Below the pieces are notes generated by a model. It ran no database searches and was not told the origin of the DNA. It saw only the letters and a list, made by a program, of their open reading frames with translations. Both the position numbers and the translations under genes were made by a program. 26,259 bases of DNA from a virus (lineage: Duplodnaviria; Caudoviricetes): the IMG/VR virus record IMGVR_UViG_3300011439_000043, positions 1-26,259 of that record, one strand, 5' to 3'. Positions within the stretch are counted from its first letter, which is position 1. Each line of letters starts with the position of its first letter. Positions 1 through 7,887 of this stretch are shown here, piece after piece.

Positions 1-2352
1 CACATCCACCTCGTGCGTGGTGGTGTGCGCGGCCGGGTAGTCGGGGAAGAGCGTCGGAGCGTCGACGCCGAGTGCCGCGATCTCGTCGTGCCCATCTGCC
101 GTGCGGAAGTCCCGCCGCATGAAGTCGAGATCGATCCCGTCCGTCTCGCCCGTTCCAGTGCCCTCCAGGCTCGCCGTCGTCGCGAAGCGCGTGCCGTTCA
201 GGCTGAGCTCGCTCGGCGCGTACGGCCGGCGGACGCGATTCGTCATGGCGAACGCGATCGTGATGGCGTCGCCCTCGTCGACGACGTCGGTGGCGGACCT
301 CGGTAGGAGCTTCACGTCGACGTTGTTGCCGGCGGGGACGGTCTCGTCTGAGATCCCGGCGCCCACGAAGACGAGCCAGACGTCCGCGCCCGAAGCGTGA
401 GCCTCCTGCACGGAGTCGAGCACGCCGCGGTAGACGTTCAGAAGTTGCACGTTCGCCCCGCTCGCCTGCGCGCTGCGGCAGAGCAGGAACTCGTTGTCCA
501 CCATGAGCAGCGTCAGAAGGTCGGTCCCGAGCTCGACGAGATCGCTCGAGACGCTCGGGAGCGCATCGAGAAGCGTCGCCTGCGTGTCGGGGGTTGGGAC
601 GATCGTGAGCGACGCCGCCGGGTACGCAGACCCGACTGGGAGCGCGCCGGAGAGCTCGCCCAGGAACGCGAACCCCCACACCTCGCCAACCTCGGAGAAC
701 GCGCCGCCTGGCGTGCCAACAGCGTGGCGCTCCATGACCCTGAACGTGACCTCAACGCCTTGCTTGCGCGCGAAGGCAAAAAGCTTGTCCGCGTCCGCCG
801 TGGTGGCGAACGGATCGCGGTAGGTGAGTGCCCGAGGCGCTTCGAAGGCCTCCTGCTGATCAGCCGGAAACTCCACGAGCTCGTCTGCCGGCGGACCCCA
901 GCCCGAGTCGCCTGGCGGACCAAAGGTTCCAGCAGCCGCGCGAAAAACGTCCTGCACGACGTCGAGAACAATTCGACCGTCAGCGAGCTCCCCCAGGTCC
1001 GCGCGCTTCACGCGCACGGGCATGCGAATCACACCGAGGTCCTCGTCGGTCAGCGCGAACACGTCGCTTGGGTGCACGAGATAAAAGGTGCGGTCCACGA
1101 CGAGCTGCATCTGCGCGAGCGGGTAGGCGAGCGTGCGGATCTCCCGCCACGCAATCGCGTCCGCGAGCGCCTTGTCCTTCACGCCAGGGTAGGACTCGGT
1201 CGCGGAGACGTTGGCCCCTCCCTGGATGCGCACGTTCGCCATGTCCTGGGCGAAGCCGAACGCCTGCTTGTATTCGTCGGTGCGCTGGTGGAACTCGATG
1301 CGGAGTTGGTTGGTCGTTCCCTCCCAGGTGCTCCGCGTGAAACTTCGGATCTCGAGGATGTTCGACGCGTCGAGCTCTGGGATCAGGTCGACGTCGTAGT
1401 CGTCGCGCGCGAGCGCCATCTCCCATTTGCCGCTGACCTGGTTGAAGAAGATCACGCCATCGGCCTGCTTCTCGAGCATCTCGATCAGCTCCTCCGCCTC
1501 GATTGGCCGATCGAGAATCATGGAGAAGCCGTTTCCCTCCGAGGCGAGCACGAGCGCCTTCGTGGTGAAGTTGGTTGTGTTGATCTCCGCCGGATCGATC
1601 GAGAGGCCCCAATTCGTGTTCGTCATCGTTTCGAGGATGACATTCATGATGTTGGCGTCGTTGCCGCCATTCAGCGCAGCGTTCGCCATCGTGAGACCAA
1701 GCCCGTTCGGGATGCGACGGAGCTCGAACTTCCACGGCTTGATCGACGTGCTGTTGCCAACGTAGGTCGGCTCGGTATCCGGCGCGACGTAGCACTCGCC
1801 GTTGTATCCGGGAGTGTCCCCGATCTCCGGAGGCTCCTTCTGAAACTGCGAGAGGTAGCTCGAGGGAGCCTGCGTGAGCGAGCCTGCGTGGAACCTGAGC
1901 GTGCCGATCACGCCGCCGTTCCCGAGCTTGTCGCCGCCGAAGAGCTCGGGCTCGTCGATCGTGAAGGTGTCGCCGTCCTCGAGCAGGCCTTCGAAGACAC
2001 GCTTCTCGCCAATCCAGACGCCGAGCATTTGCACGTCCGGTCCGCGGCAGAGCGCCTGCTGGATTCCGAGCGAGTACTTGAAGCCAACGGTCTGATTCTC
2101 CGAGGAGAAGAGCCCGGTCTTCACCTTGTGCGTGATCGGGACCTGGCGCAGATCGCCCCACCAGGTGACGTTCGGGCCCTTCTGCATGCACGTGCCCCAG
2201 AGCAGCGGCACGACACGCCCCTCGGACGCAGTGGGGAACTGGAAGTCGCCGATGCCGGCGGGCTTTGCGTCCTCGAGCTCGGGCTTCGGAGTCAGGAGGT
2301 CCGTCAGCACGAAGAGTGCTGCGTAGACGAAGAACATCAGCCAGAAGCCCAT
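1..2352 (-). CDS. Tail tip / central tail hub protein (lambda gpJ-like, putative phage tail protein), 3' end outside window
   Basis: ATG at 2352 overlaps the TGA of the endonuclease gene. I translated both ends by hand: MGFWLMFFVYAALFVLTDLLTPKPELEDAKPAGIGDFQFPTASEGRVVPLLWGTCMQKGPNVTWWGDLRQV...VGFKYSLGIQQALCRG, and ...APTLFPDYPAAHTTTHEVDV at position 1 in the same frame. It is absent from the ORF track, consistent with no stop before the edge (784 codons). Motifs and position after a gpL-like gene fit siphovirus tail-tip proteins. Confidence 0.85.
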   Translation of the reverse strand, partial: MGFWLMFFVYAALFVLTDLLTPKPELEDAKPAGIGDFQFPTASEGRVVPLLWGTCMQKGPNVTWWGDLRQVPITHKVKTGLFSSENQTVGFKYSLGIQQALCRGPDVQMLGVWIGEKRVFEGLLEDGDTFTIDEPELFGGDKLGNGGVIGTLRFHAGSLTQAPSSYLSQFQKEPPEIGDTPGYNGECYVAPDTEPTYVGNSTSIKPWKFELRRIPNGLGLTMANAALNGGNDANIMNVILETMTNTNWGLSIDPAEINTTNFTTKALVLASEGNGFSMILDRPIEAEELIEMLEKQADGVIFFNQVSGKWEMALARDDYDVDLIPELDASNILEIRSFTRSTWEGTTNQLRIEFHQRTDEYKQAFGFAQDMANVRIQGGANVSATESYPGVKDKALADAIAWREIRTLAYPLAQMQLVVDRTFYLVHPSDVFALTDEDLGVIRMPVRVKRADLGELADGRIVLDVVQDVFRAAAGTFGPPGDSGWGPPADELVEFPADQQEAFEAPRALTYRDPFATTADADKLFAFARKQGVEVTFRVMERHAVGTPGGAFSEVGEVWGFAFLGELSGALPVGSAYPAASLTIVPTPDTQATLLDALPSVSSDLVELGTDLLTLLMVDNEFLLCRSAQASGANVQLLNVYRGVLDSVQEAHASGADVWLVFVGAGISDETVPAGNNVDVKLLPRSATDVVDEGDAITIAFAMTNRVRRPYAPSELSLNGTRFATTASLEGTGTGETDGIDLDFMRRDFRTADGHDEIAALGVDAPTLFPDYPAAHTTTHEVDV

Positions 2353-2758
2353 CAGTCGATTCCTAGAAACCGCTCGAGGTATTCAGCAGCCAGGCGCAGG
2401 AGCCGTGGATTGCTGCGGAAGTATCCAAGTGCACGATTGCAGCGCGAGCAAAGAAGGCCGCGTATCCGATTTGTTTCGTGGCAATGATCAATATGCAGCG
2501 TTTCCGGGAATGCTCCGCGCGGCGATTTGTTCGGAGGATCGCCGCAGACGTCGCAAGCACCTTCCTGCGCTAGACGCCGCAGCTCTTTGTATTGATCGAT
2601 GGCTAGTCCAAGTTGGCGCGCGCGATGTCGGTCGCTTATAGTTCTCCGATGCGCGCGGAGCGCCTCTTCGCTCATGCCGCGGATCTCTCTGGCGGCAACC
2701 CGGCGATGGCTGTGTTTTGATCCTTTCTTCGGTCCGCGCTTTGCCATTAGTCGATTCC
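2349..2758 (-). repeat. 15-bp imperfect direct repeats (2349-2363 and 2744-2758) flanking the endonuclease VII gene
   Basis: Minus strand GGAATCGACTAATGG versus GGAATCGACTGATGG (14/15 identical). Each copy encodes GID-stop plus an overlapping ATG. Confidence 0.85.
2352..2747 (-). CDS. Endonuclease VII-family (His-Me finger) protein, probable free-standing homing endonuclease
   Basis: CDVC...LHIDHCHETNRIRGLLCSRCNRALG...LLRLAAEYL is the endonuclease VII-domain signature. Basic N-terminus, visibly more AT-rich than the flanks, and located between two tail genes. Confidence 0.9.
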   Translation of the reverse strand: MAKRGPKKGSKHSHRRVAAREIRGMSEEALRAHRRTISDRHRARQLGLAIDQYKELRRLAQEGACDVCGDPPNKSPRGAFPETLHIDHCHETNRIRGLLCSRCNRALGYFRSNPRLLRLAAEYLERFLGID

Positions 2759-3565
2759 GGTCTCGAAAGGATTCCGAATCGGGGTGAACGCGTGTCCACC
2801 GTAGTTAAGGATATTTCCGAACTTCGCCCCGCACACCTGGATGTTGTGCGCGCATCCCGCGAACACGTTCACGGTCTCCGGTGTCGAGGCAAACGGCAGG
2901 AGGAGTGTCAGGTCGTCCCCGACCTGGCGGAGAATCAAGCGCACATCCGAGGATCCGATCGCCTCGACATAGCCGCCGTCGAACCAGCCGTCGCCGAATC
3001 CGGCGAGATCGTCGACCGTCAGAAGCGTTCCGTCCGATGCGGAGACGGTCTTTCCGGAAGCGCGGAAGCTTGAGTCGGTGTCGTCGACCTTGCAGCCGTC
3101 GTCGTAGAGGACGTGGTTGCACGGCATTTGGAAGGTGAAGCGTGGGATGACTCTCCCAAGGACCGCGATCGCCGGCCGGCAGGCGAGCTTGGCGATCTTC
3201 ATGTTCTCCTGGAAGGAGACCGCCATCACGAAGCCGTCGAAGATGCGCAGGGCTTCTGGTACCGGAGTGTCGTTGCGATGGAAGCGCAGCACCTCCACGC
3301 GCACGCGCACGCCTGGAACCATCAGGATGAAGAGGCGCGCGACTGGGTTGGTTCCTGGGACCGTCACCTCGAAGTTGGCGCCGCGCTCCTCGGGGCCATC
3401 CGTAACTACGCCGCGCTCGATCGTCTCGGGCAGGTAGTCCTGCGCGGAGAGCGTCACCATGTCCTCGCCCGAGGTGTAGAACCAGGACTGTGCGCCAGCC
3501 GTGAAGCGGTAGACCTCGACGGGCTGGCCGAGCTCGGTGCTCGTCTCGAAGGTTCCGTAGCTCAT
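2747..3565 (-). CDS. Tail tip protein, DUF2163/BR0599 (lambda gpL-like) family
   Basis: PVEVYRF N-terminus and C-terminal Cys pattern CNHVLYDDGC...AGCAHNIQVCGAKFGNILNYGG; lies upstream of the J-like gene. Confidence 0.85.
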   Translation of the reverse strand: MSYGTFETSTELGQPVEVYRFTAGAQSWFYTSGEDMVTLSAQDYLPETIERGVVTDGPEERGANFEVTVPGTNPVARLFILMVPGVRVRVEVLRFHRNDTPVPEALRIFDGFVMAVSFQENMKIAKLACRPAIAVLGRVIPRFTFQMPCNHVLYDDGCKVDDTDSSFRASGKTVSASDGTLLTVDDLAGFGDGWFDGGYVEAIGSSDVRLILRQVGDDLTLLLPFASTPETVNVFAGCAHNIQVCGAKFGNILNYGGHAFTPIRNPFETGID

Positions 3566-5268
3566 ACGAAGAGCGTCTTGAGCGGGGCCATGATTCGGGA
3601 AACCTGACCGCCGGCCCCCTCGTGGCGGATGCGAATCGTATCGCTGTCGAAGCGGACCTTCTCGACAATCTCGATCCGATCCACCTGCGCCGGCGTGTAG
3701 GTCGTTGGCCAGGTACCGTTCAGCGTGAGCGTCTCGCGCGTCGCGTCGACCTCAACCGACGTGAGAACCGAGCGCAGGAGTTGTGGGTCGCCGTTGTTGA
3801 ACGTGACTCGGATGGAGGCCTTCGGAACTCGCTGGCGCACAAACTGCGCGTAGCCGGCGTTCGCCACGTCGAGCGCCGCTGATCCGGAGTTGAGGTTCAT
3901 GATCGGCACCAGATCGTCGCGCTGCGTTGGCACGTAGAAGCTGATCTGCGGGCCGCGGATCGCGTGGAGCATCTGGCGGTGCTCCCAGCCGGCTTGCCTG
4001 CCGCGAACGACAGCCGTCCACGCGCTCGCGCGCTTGTTACGGTCCCACTGGGAGTCGCGATAGACGATGCCCGTCCCCGGATCGAGCTTCGTGATCTGGC
4101 GCTCGAAGAGCTCCTGCGACTGCCCATCGGAAAAGATGTACCCAGAGAGGAGTAGCTTTCCGTCGAAGGACTGGAAGGCCGCGAGACTCGCGATGCTGAT
4201 GTCGTTGTCGATCACGCTAAAGAGGAGCTTGACGCGCGAGACCTCGTTCAGCTCGCGCTGTCCCTGGATCAGTGGCTCGGCAGTGGCTGCGCGCAGCGGC
4301 AGGACGGCCGCGCCGGCGGGATAGCTGTTCGCAACGCCGTTGTCGAGCTCGATCGACGTGGGGTTGATGACCGTCGAGACCACCACGTCGGTGGCTCCGG
4401 TGAGCTCGTCGATCACCGCCACCAGGCCGTCGACGCGGAAATCCGCGAAGGCCGTCGACTGCACGGGGAGCGTGGTGGCGCCAGCCGTGACCGCGGCCGT
4501 GAGCGCGGTCTCCTCGTGCCAGACCGGGACGCCGAACACCTGGCTCTGCCAGTCGAAGAGGAAGTTCTCGAACCTCGCGCGTTCCTCGTCCAAGCCCTCC
4601 TCGAGAAACATCTCGAGGTCGAAGATTTGGCGAGGGTTCTTGCGTCCCGAGTTGCGTTGCTCGCTGCCGTCCTTGCGTGTTCGAATGTCGGTCAGAAACT
4701 CGAGGATCTCGTCGTAGCCGTTCTCCGGGCGGTTCACGAGCAGCACCACGCGCTGCAGCGTGATCGGCGTGTAGATCGTCGAGACGTTGAAGACGAAGTC
4801 GAGCGTGGTATCGACGATCGCTGGCCCATTCGGTGTCACCTCGAGATCCATCAGGATCCCGCCGAGCGCGAAGACCGTGACGGGGAGCGATGGCATGCCG
4901 AGCAGGCTCACCCCAGCGCCCGCATTGTTCACCCACGCGTTCCAGAGGTTGTCCTGCCGGCGGTATCCGTTGAAGACCTCGACCGGCACGAGCTGTGTCG
5001 TGAGCACGAAGCCGAAGTCGAACGAGCGCGGCAGGACGTGCATGAGCTCGAAGAAATCCTCGCCCGCGGCAAGACTCTGCACGACGGCCCCGGGTCGTGT
5101 TGTGGTGGGCGGGGGCGGCTCGGCGGCAAGCGTCAGTGGACCGGCGATGATCGGCGGAGAGCACTCGATCGCCTTACGCGGGAAGACTCCGATGTCCGCG
5201 CGGACGTCGTTGTTGACGGGCGTCGCCTCGATCGAGGTCGAGACGACCTGTCCGGGGCGCGTCGTCAT
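3562..5268 (-). CDS. Virion tail structural protein (568 aa, distal-tail/hub region)
   Basis: Long ORF with host-like codon use. LEFLTDI...DGSEQR..R..PRQ and F.VP.W motifs are typical of siphovirus tail proteins preceding DUF2163 genes. Confidence 0.75.
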   Translation of the reverse strand: MTTRPGQVVSTSIEATPVNNDVRADIGVFPRKAIECSPPIIAGPLTLAAEPPPPTTTRPGAVVQSLAAGEDFFELMHVLPRSFDFGFVLTTQLVPVEVFNGYRRQDNLWNAWVNNAGAGVSLLGMPSLPVTVFALGGILMDLEVTPNGPAIVDTTLDFVFNVSTIYTPITLQRVVLLVNRPENGYDEILEFLTDIRTRKDGSEQRNSGRKNPRQIFDLEMFLEEGLDEERARFENFLFDWQSQVFGVPVWHEETALTAAVTAGATTLPVQSTAFADFRVDGLVAVIDELTGATDVVVSTVINPTSIELDNGVANSYPAGAAVLPLRAATAEPLIQGQRELNEVSRVKLLFSVIDNDISIASLAAFQSFDGKLLLSGYIFSDGQSQELFERQITKLDPGTGIVYRDSQWDRNKRASAWTAVVRGRQAGWEHRQMLHAIRGPQISFYVPTQRDDLVPIMNLNSGSAALDVANAGYAQFVRQRVPKASIRVTFNNGDPQLLRSVLTSVEVDATRETLTLNGTWPTTYTPAQVDRIEIVEKVRFDSDTIRIRHEGAGGQVSRIMAPLKTLFV

Positions 5269-5271
5269 CGA

Positions 5272-6270
5272 TCAGGTCGTCACCTTCTTGTAGGCGATGC
5301 CGGAGTGGTATGTGCGCCCAGCGACGTTGTCCAGGGTCTTGAGCGCGAACGGGAAGACGACCCACGTCACGCCACCAATCACCACCTCTTCCTTCGGCTG
5401 GAAGTGCTTTATGTTGATTGCCCGCACGTCGGGCATGTCGCCGAGGAAGTAGACGCGCTGGAGCGTGTTGTCCTTGTGCCAGACGCCGATCGAGTACATG
5501 GGCACGTTGCCAGCGAGCGCGTCGCCGTTGAAATTGCCCATCTCGATCGCCGCCGGCCCGCCGCGGAATCCCCCCTGGCCGCGCTCGCGCGCGTTGCCGG
5601 CCGTGTCGGTCTCCGTGCTCGTCGCCGCGTTGCCGAAGACGACCATCCACTTCGACGCGCCCGCCTCGCCCTCGAGACCCTCCACGTGGAGCGTCGCCAT
5701 GTTGTCCGCCTCGTCCGCGATGCCGTCGAGGAGCGCGTAATCCGAGGCACTGATCGCGTTGTGGTTGGTCCCGGTGCTCATCCGGTTGCCGTACGCGTAC
5801 TCGCCGCCAGTCCAGTCGCCGATCTTCGGATTGAGCAGACCGAAGCCGAAGTGACGGAAGTGGTCGGTCGCCACCTCGACGACGACGTGGATGTAGTGGT
5901 CGTCCTCGAAGAAGTGGTAGCTCGGGAACGGGCCCACACCTAGGTCGGAGACGTGCCGCTCGAGCGCCAGGTTCGTGTCGACATGGCTCGAGGTCGCGTT
6001 GTAGCCGTTGCCGGAGTCGTTCGGATGGTTGCCTGGCTGATTGCCGCCTGTGTAGCCGAGCGCCTGGTGCACGGAGAGGTGTTGGGGGGTCGCCGTGTCC
6101 CAGCGAAACGAGACGTAGATGCTTCCAAAGGCGCCGGTCTTGTGCAGCGCGAAGCTTCCGCCTCCCGTGTCGAGCTGGTCCTGCACCCAGGTCCCAGCAA
6201 CCGTCGTCGCGAAGACGCCGAGCTTCGTGAGCAGGTCCGCGATTCCCGTCGCCGTTCCGGTCTCGAACAT
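5272..6270 (-). CDS. Virion tail structural protein (332 aa)
   Basis: Operon position. N-terminus FETGTATGIADLL resembles that of the upstream 537-aa gene; GGEY motif; C-terminus GVTWVVFP...GIAYKKV. Confidence 0.75.
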   Translation of the reverse strand: MFETGTATGIADLLTKLGVFATTVAGTWVQDQLDTGGGSFALHKTGAFGSIYVSFRWDTATPQHLSVHQALGYTGGNQPGNHPNDSGNGYNATSSHVDTNLALERHVSDLGVGPFPSYHFFEDDHYIHVVVEVATDHFRHFGFGLLNPKIGDWTGGEYAYGNRMSTGTNHNAISASDYALLDGIADEADNMATLHVEGLEGEAGASKWMVVFGNAATSTETDTAGNARERGQGGFRGGPAAIEMGNFNGDALAGNVPMYSIGVWHKDNTLQRVYFLGDMPDVRAINIKHFQPKEEVVIGGVTWVVFPFALKTLDNVAGRTYHSGIAYKKVTT

Positions 6271-6273
6271 CGA

Positions 6274-7887
6274 TCAGTCCTCCCGCATCGCGCAGAAGCT
6301 ATACGTCTGGATGCGGTTCCCGTTCTGGAAGAGCCTGTAGCGATTCGTCCCGACGAGGATGTCGTCCTCGGAGGACTGACCGCTCGCCGCGGAAGTCCAG
6401 TAGAGCCCGTCGATCTCCCCCACCTTGACGTTCTTCTGGGGAACCACGGAGCTGTCGGTTCGCAGCACGATCGCCGGAACCAGGATGTCAACGTCGGTTC
6501 CGGTGTTCGGTGTCGGGTAGACAGAGAGCGCGCCGCCAGAATCATTGAAGAGGATCGCGTCCCAGTTGAAAGCGTCGCCGCCGTCCGACGTGATTGTGTC
6601 CTCGGTTGCGAGGTTCGGGCCGCCGCGGAACATCGGATACACGCCGTTGTCGTCGTTCGACGTTCCGCCCGGCGTGACCGTCAACGTGGTGTCGCTCGCG
6701 ATGGACGCGTTTCGGATCGTGCTCCAGTAGGATCCGTCCGGCCACCAGAGCACCGCTCCCCCGCTGCTCACGCGGAAGATGCACTCGGTGAGGCCCGAGA
6801 TAATTCCGGTCGTGTCCGCGAAGTAGCCGGTGTTCCGATTGGTGGAGCCTGCGATGTACAGCGGGTAGTTGAACTCGGTCGTCGTGCCGAGCTGATTCAG
6901 AAGACCAAGGTGCCAGGGGACGTAGTAGGTCGTCGATGCCGTCTGCACCTTCGCCTCGCCCATGATTCGACGGCCAGTCGCGCTGATCCACCAGGTGATG
7001 TTAAACGCTGTCGTGTCCTTCAGCGGAACGAAGACGCCGAGGTTTCCGGCGATGATCGAGCCGTCCGCTGCGAGCCCGGGGCTCATGTCGTTCTGCTCGT
7101 GGAAGGCCTGCGTGTCGTCGAACGCGGTCATCCCGAACAGTGCCCAGTTGAAAGTCGTAATCGCACCAGTGCTGTTAAGGCCCTGCCAGAGCTTGATCCC
7201 GACGATCGGGTCGACAGCGCCGCCCGCGGTTCCCGTGAGGATCGCGAGCATGTTGTCCTGCGTGGTCGCGTTCCCCCACGTGACCGTGAGCGTTGCTCCG
7301 GTGCCAGCGCCGCCCGTCGTCGCCGCCGGGTTGGTGGGGACCTTCTCGTAGTTGCCGGCAGTGGAGAGCGTCACGGTCGCGACGGAGCCGCCACCTCCAA
7401 GGGTCGCTACCTGGAAGACGGCCGCCACGCCGCCGTGGCCCTGTACCCCTCCGTCGAGAACGACCGTGAGCAGGTTCCCGACCGAGTAGCCCGAGCCGCC
7501 GGCTGCGACGACGGCGCTCACCGCCTGCTGCGTGCGCATCTCGGTCGACCAGCCCGTCGCCGCGAAGGTGAGGTTCGCCGTTGCTAGCGTCCCGGTACCG
7601 CCGGTGAGCGCGTTGCCGGTCGTCGTCGTCGGATCGACCGTGTACGCGCCACCCCGCCAGATCCGCAGGCTCGTGATGGCGCCACCGCCGCCGACCGTGC
7701 GGACCTCGACCTGCGCGACGTGCGAGAACGTGGCGCCCGTGTTCGTGAGCCCGAGCACGTCTCCGACCACGTAGCCCGAGCCGCCTGCGTTGACTGCGAC
7801 CGTGGCGAGGTGGCGACTCGTGGCCACCTGGATGAGCTGGTTGAATAGATCGCGGTAGTTGGTCGCGGTTCCGCTGTTCCAGGTCAT
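6274..7887 (-). CDS. Virion tail structural protein (537 aa) with two Gly/Thr-rich inserted beta domains
   Basis: First gene after the tape measure (ATGA overlap). Contains YPLYIAGS and GEIDGLYW...SEDDI.VG..RYRLFQN motifs and two GGSGY-containing repeats. Confidence 0.78.
   Translation of the reverse strand: MTWNSGTATNYRDLFNQLIQVATSRHLATVAVNAGGSGYVVGDVLGLTNTGATFSHVAQVEVRTVGGGGAITSLRIWRGGAYTVDPTTTTGNALTGGTGTLATANLTFAATGWSTEMRTQQAVSAVVAAGGSGYSVGNLLTVVLDGGVQGHGGVAAVFQVATLGGGGSVATVTLSTAGNYEKVPTNPAATTGGAGTGATLTVTWGNATTQDNMLAILTGTAGGAVDPIVGIKLWQGLNSTGAITTFNWALFGMTAFDDTQAFHEQNDMSPGLAADGSIIAGNLGVFVPLKDTTAFNITWWISATGRRIMGEAKVQTASTTYYVPWHLGLLNQLGTTTEFNYPLYIAGSTNRNTGYFADTTGIISGLTECIFRVSSGGAVLWWPDGSYWSTIRNASIASDTTLTVTPGGTSNDDNGVYPMFRGGPNLATEDTITSDGGDAFNWDAILFNDSGGALSVYPTPNTGTDVDILVPAIVLRTDSSVVPQKNVKVGEIDGLYWTSAASGQSSEDDILVGTNRYRLFQNGNRIQTYSFCAMRED

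Noticed and set aside
397-2487. 696-aa plus-strand ORF
   Set aside because: It is the in-register antisense shadow of the J-like tail gene; Arg-rich and without recognisable motifs.
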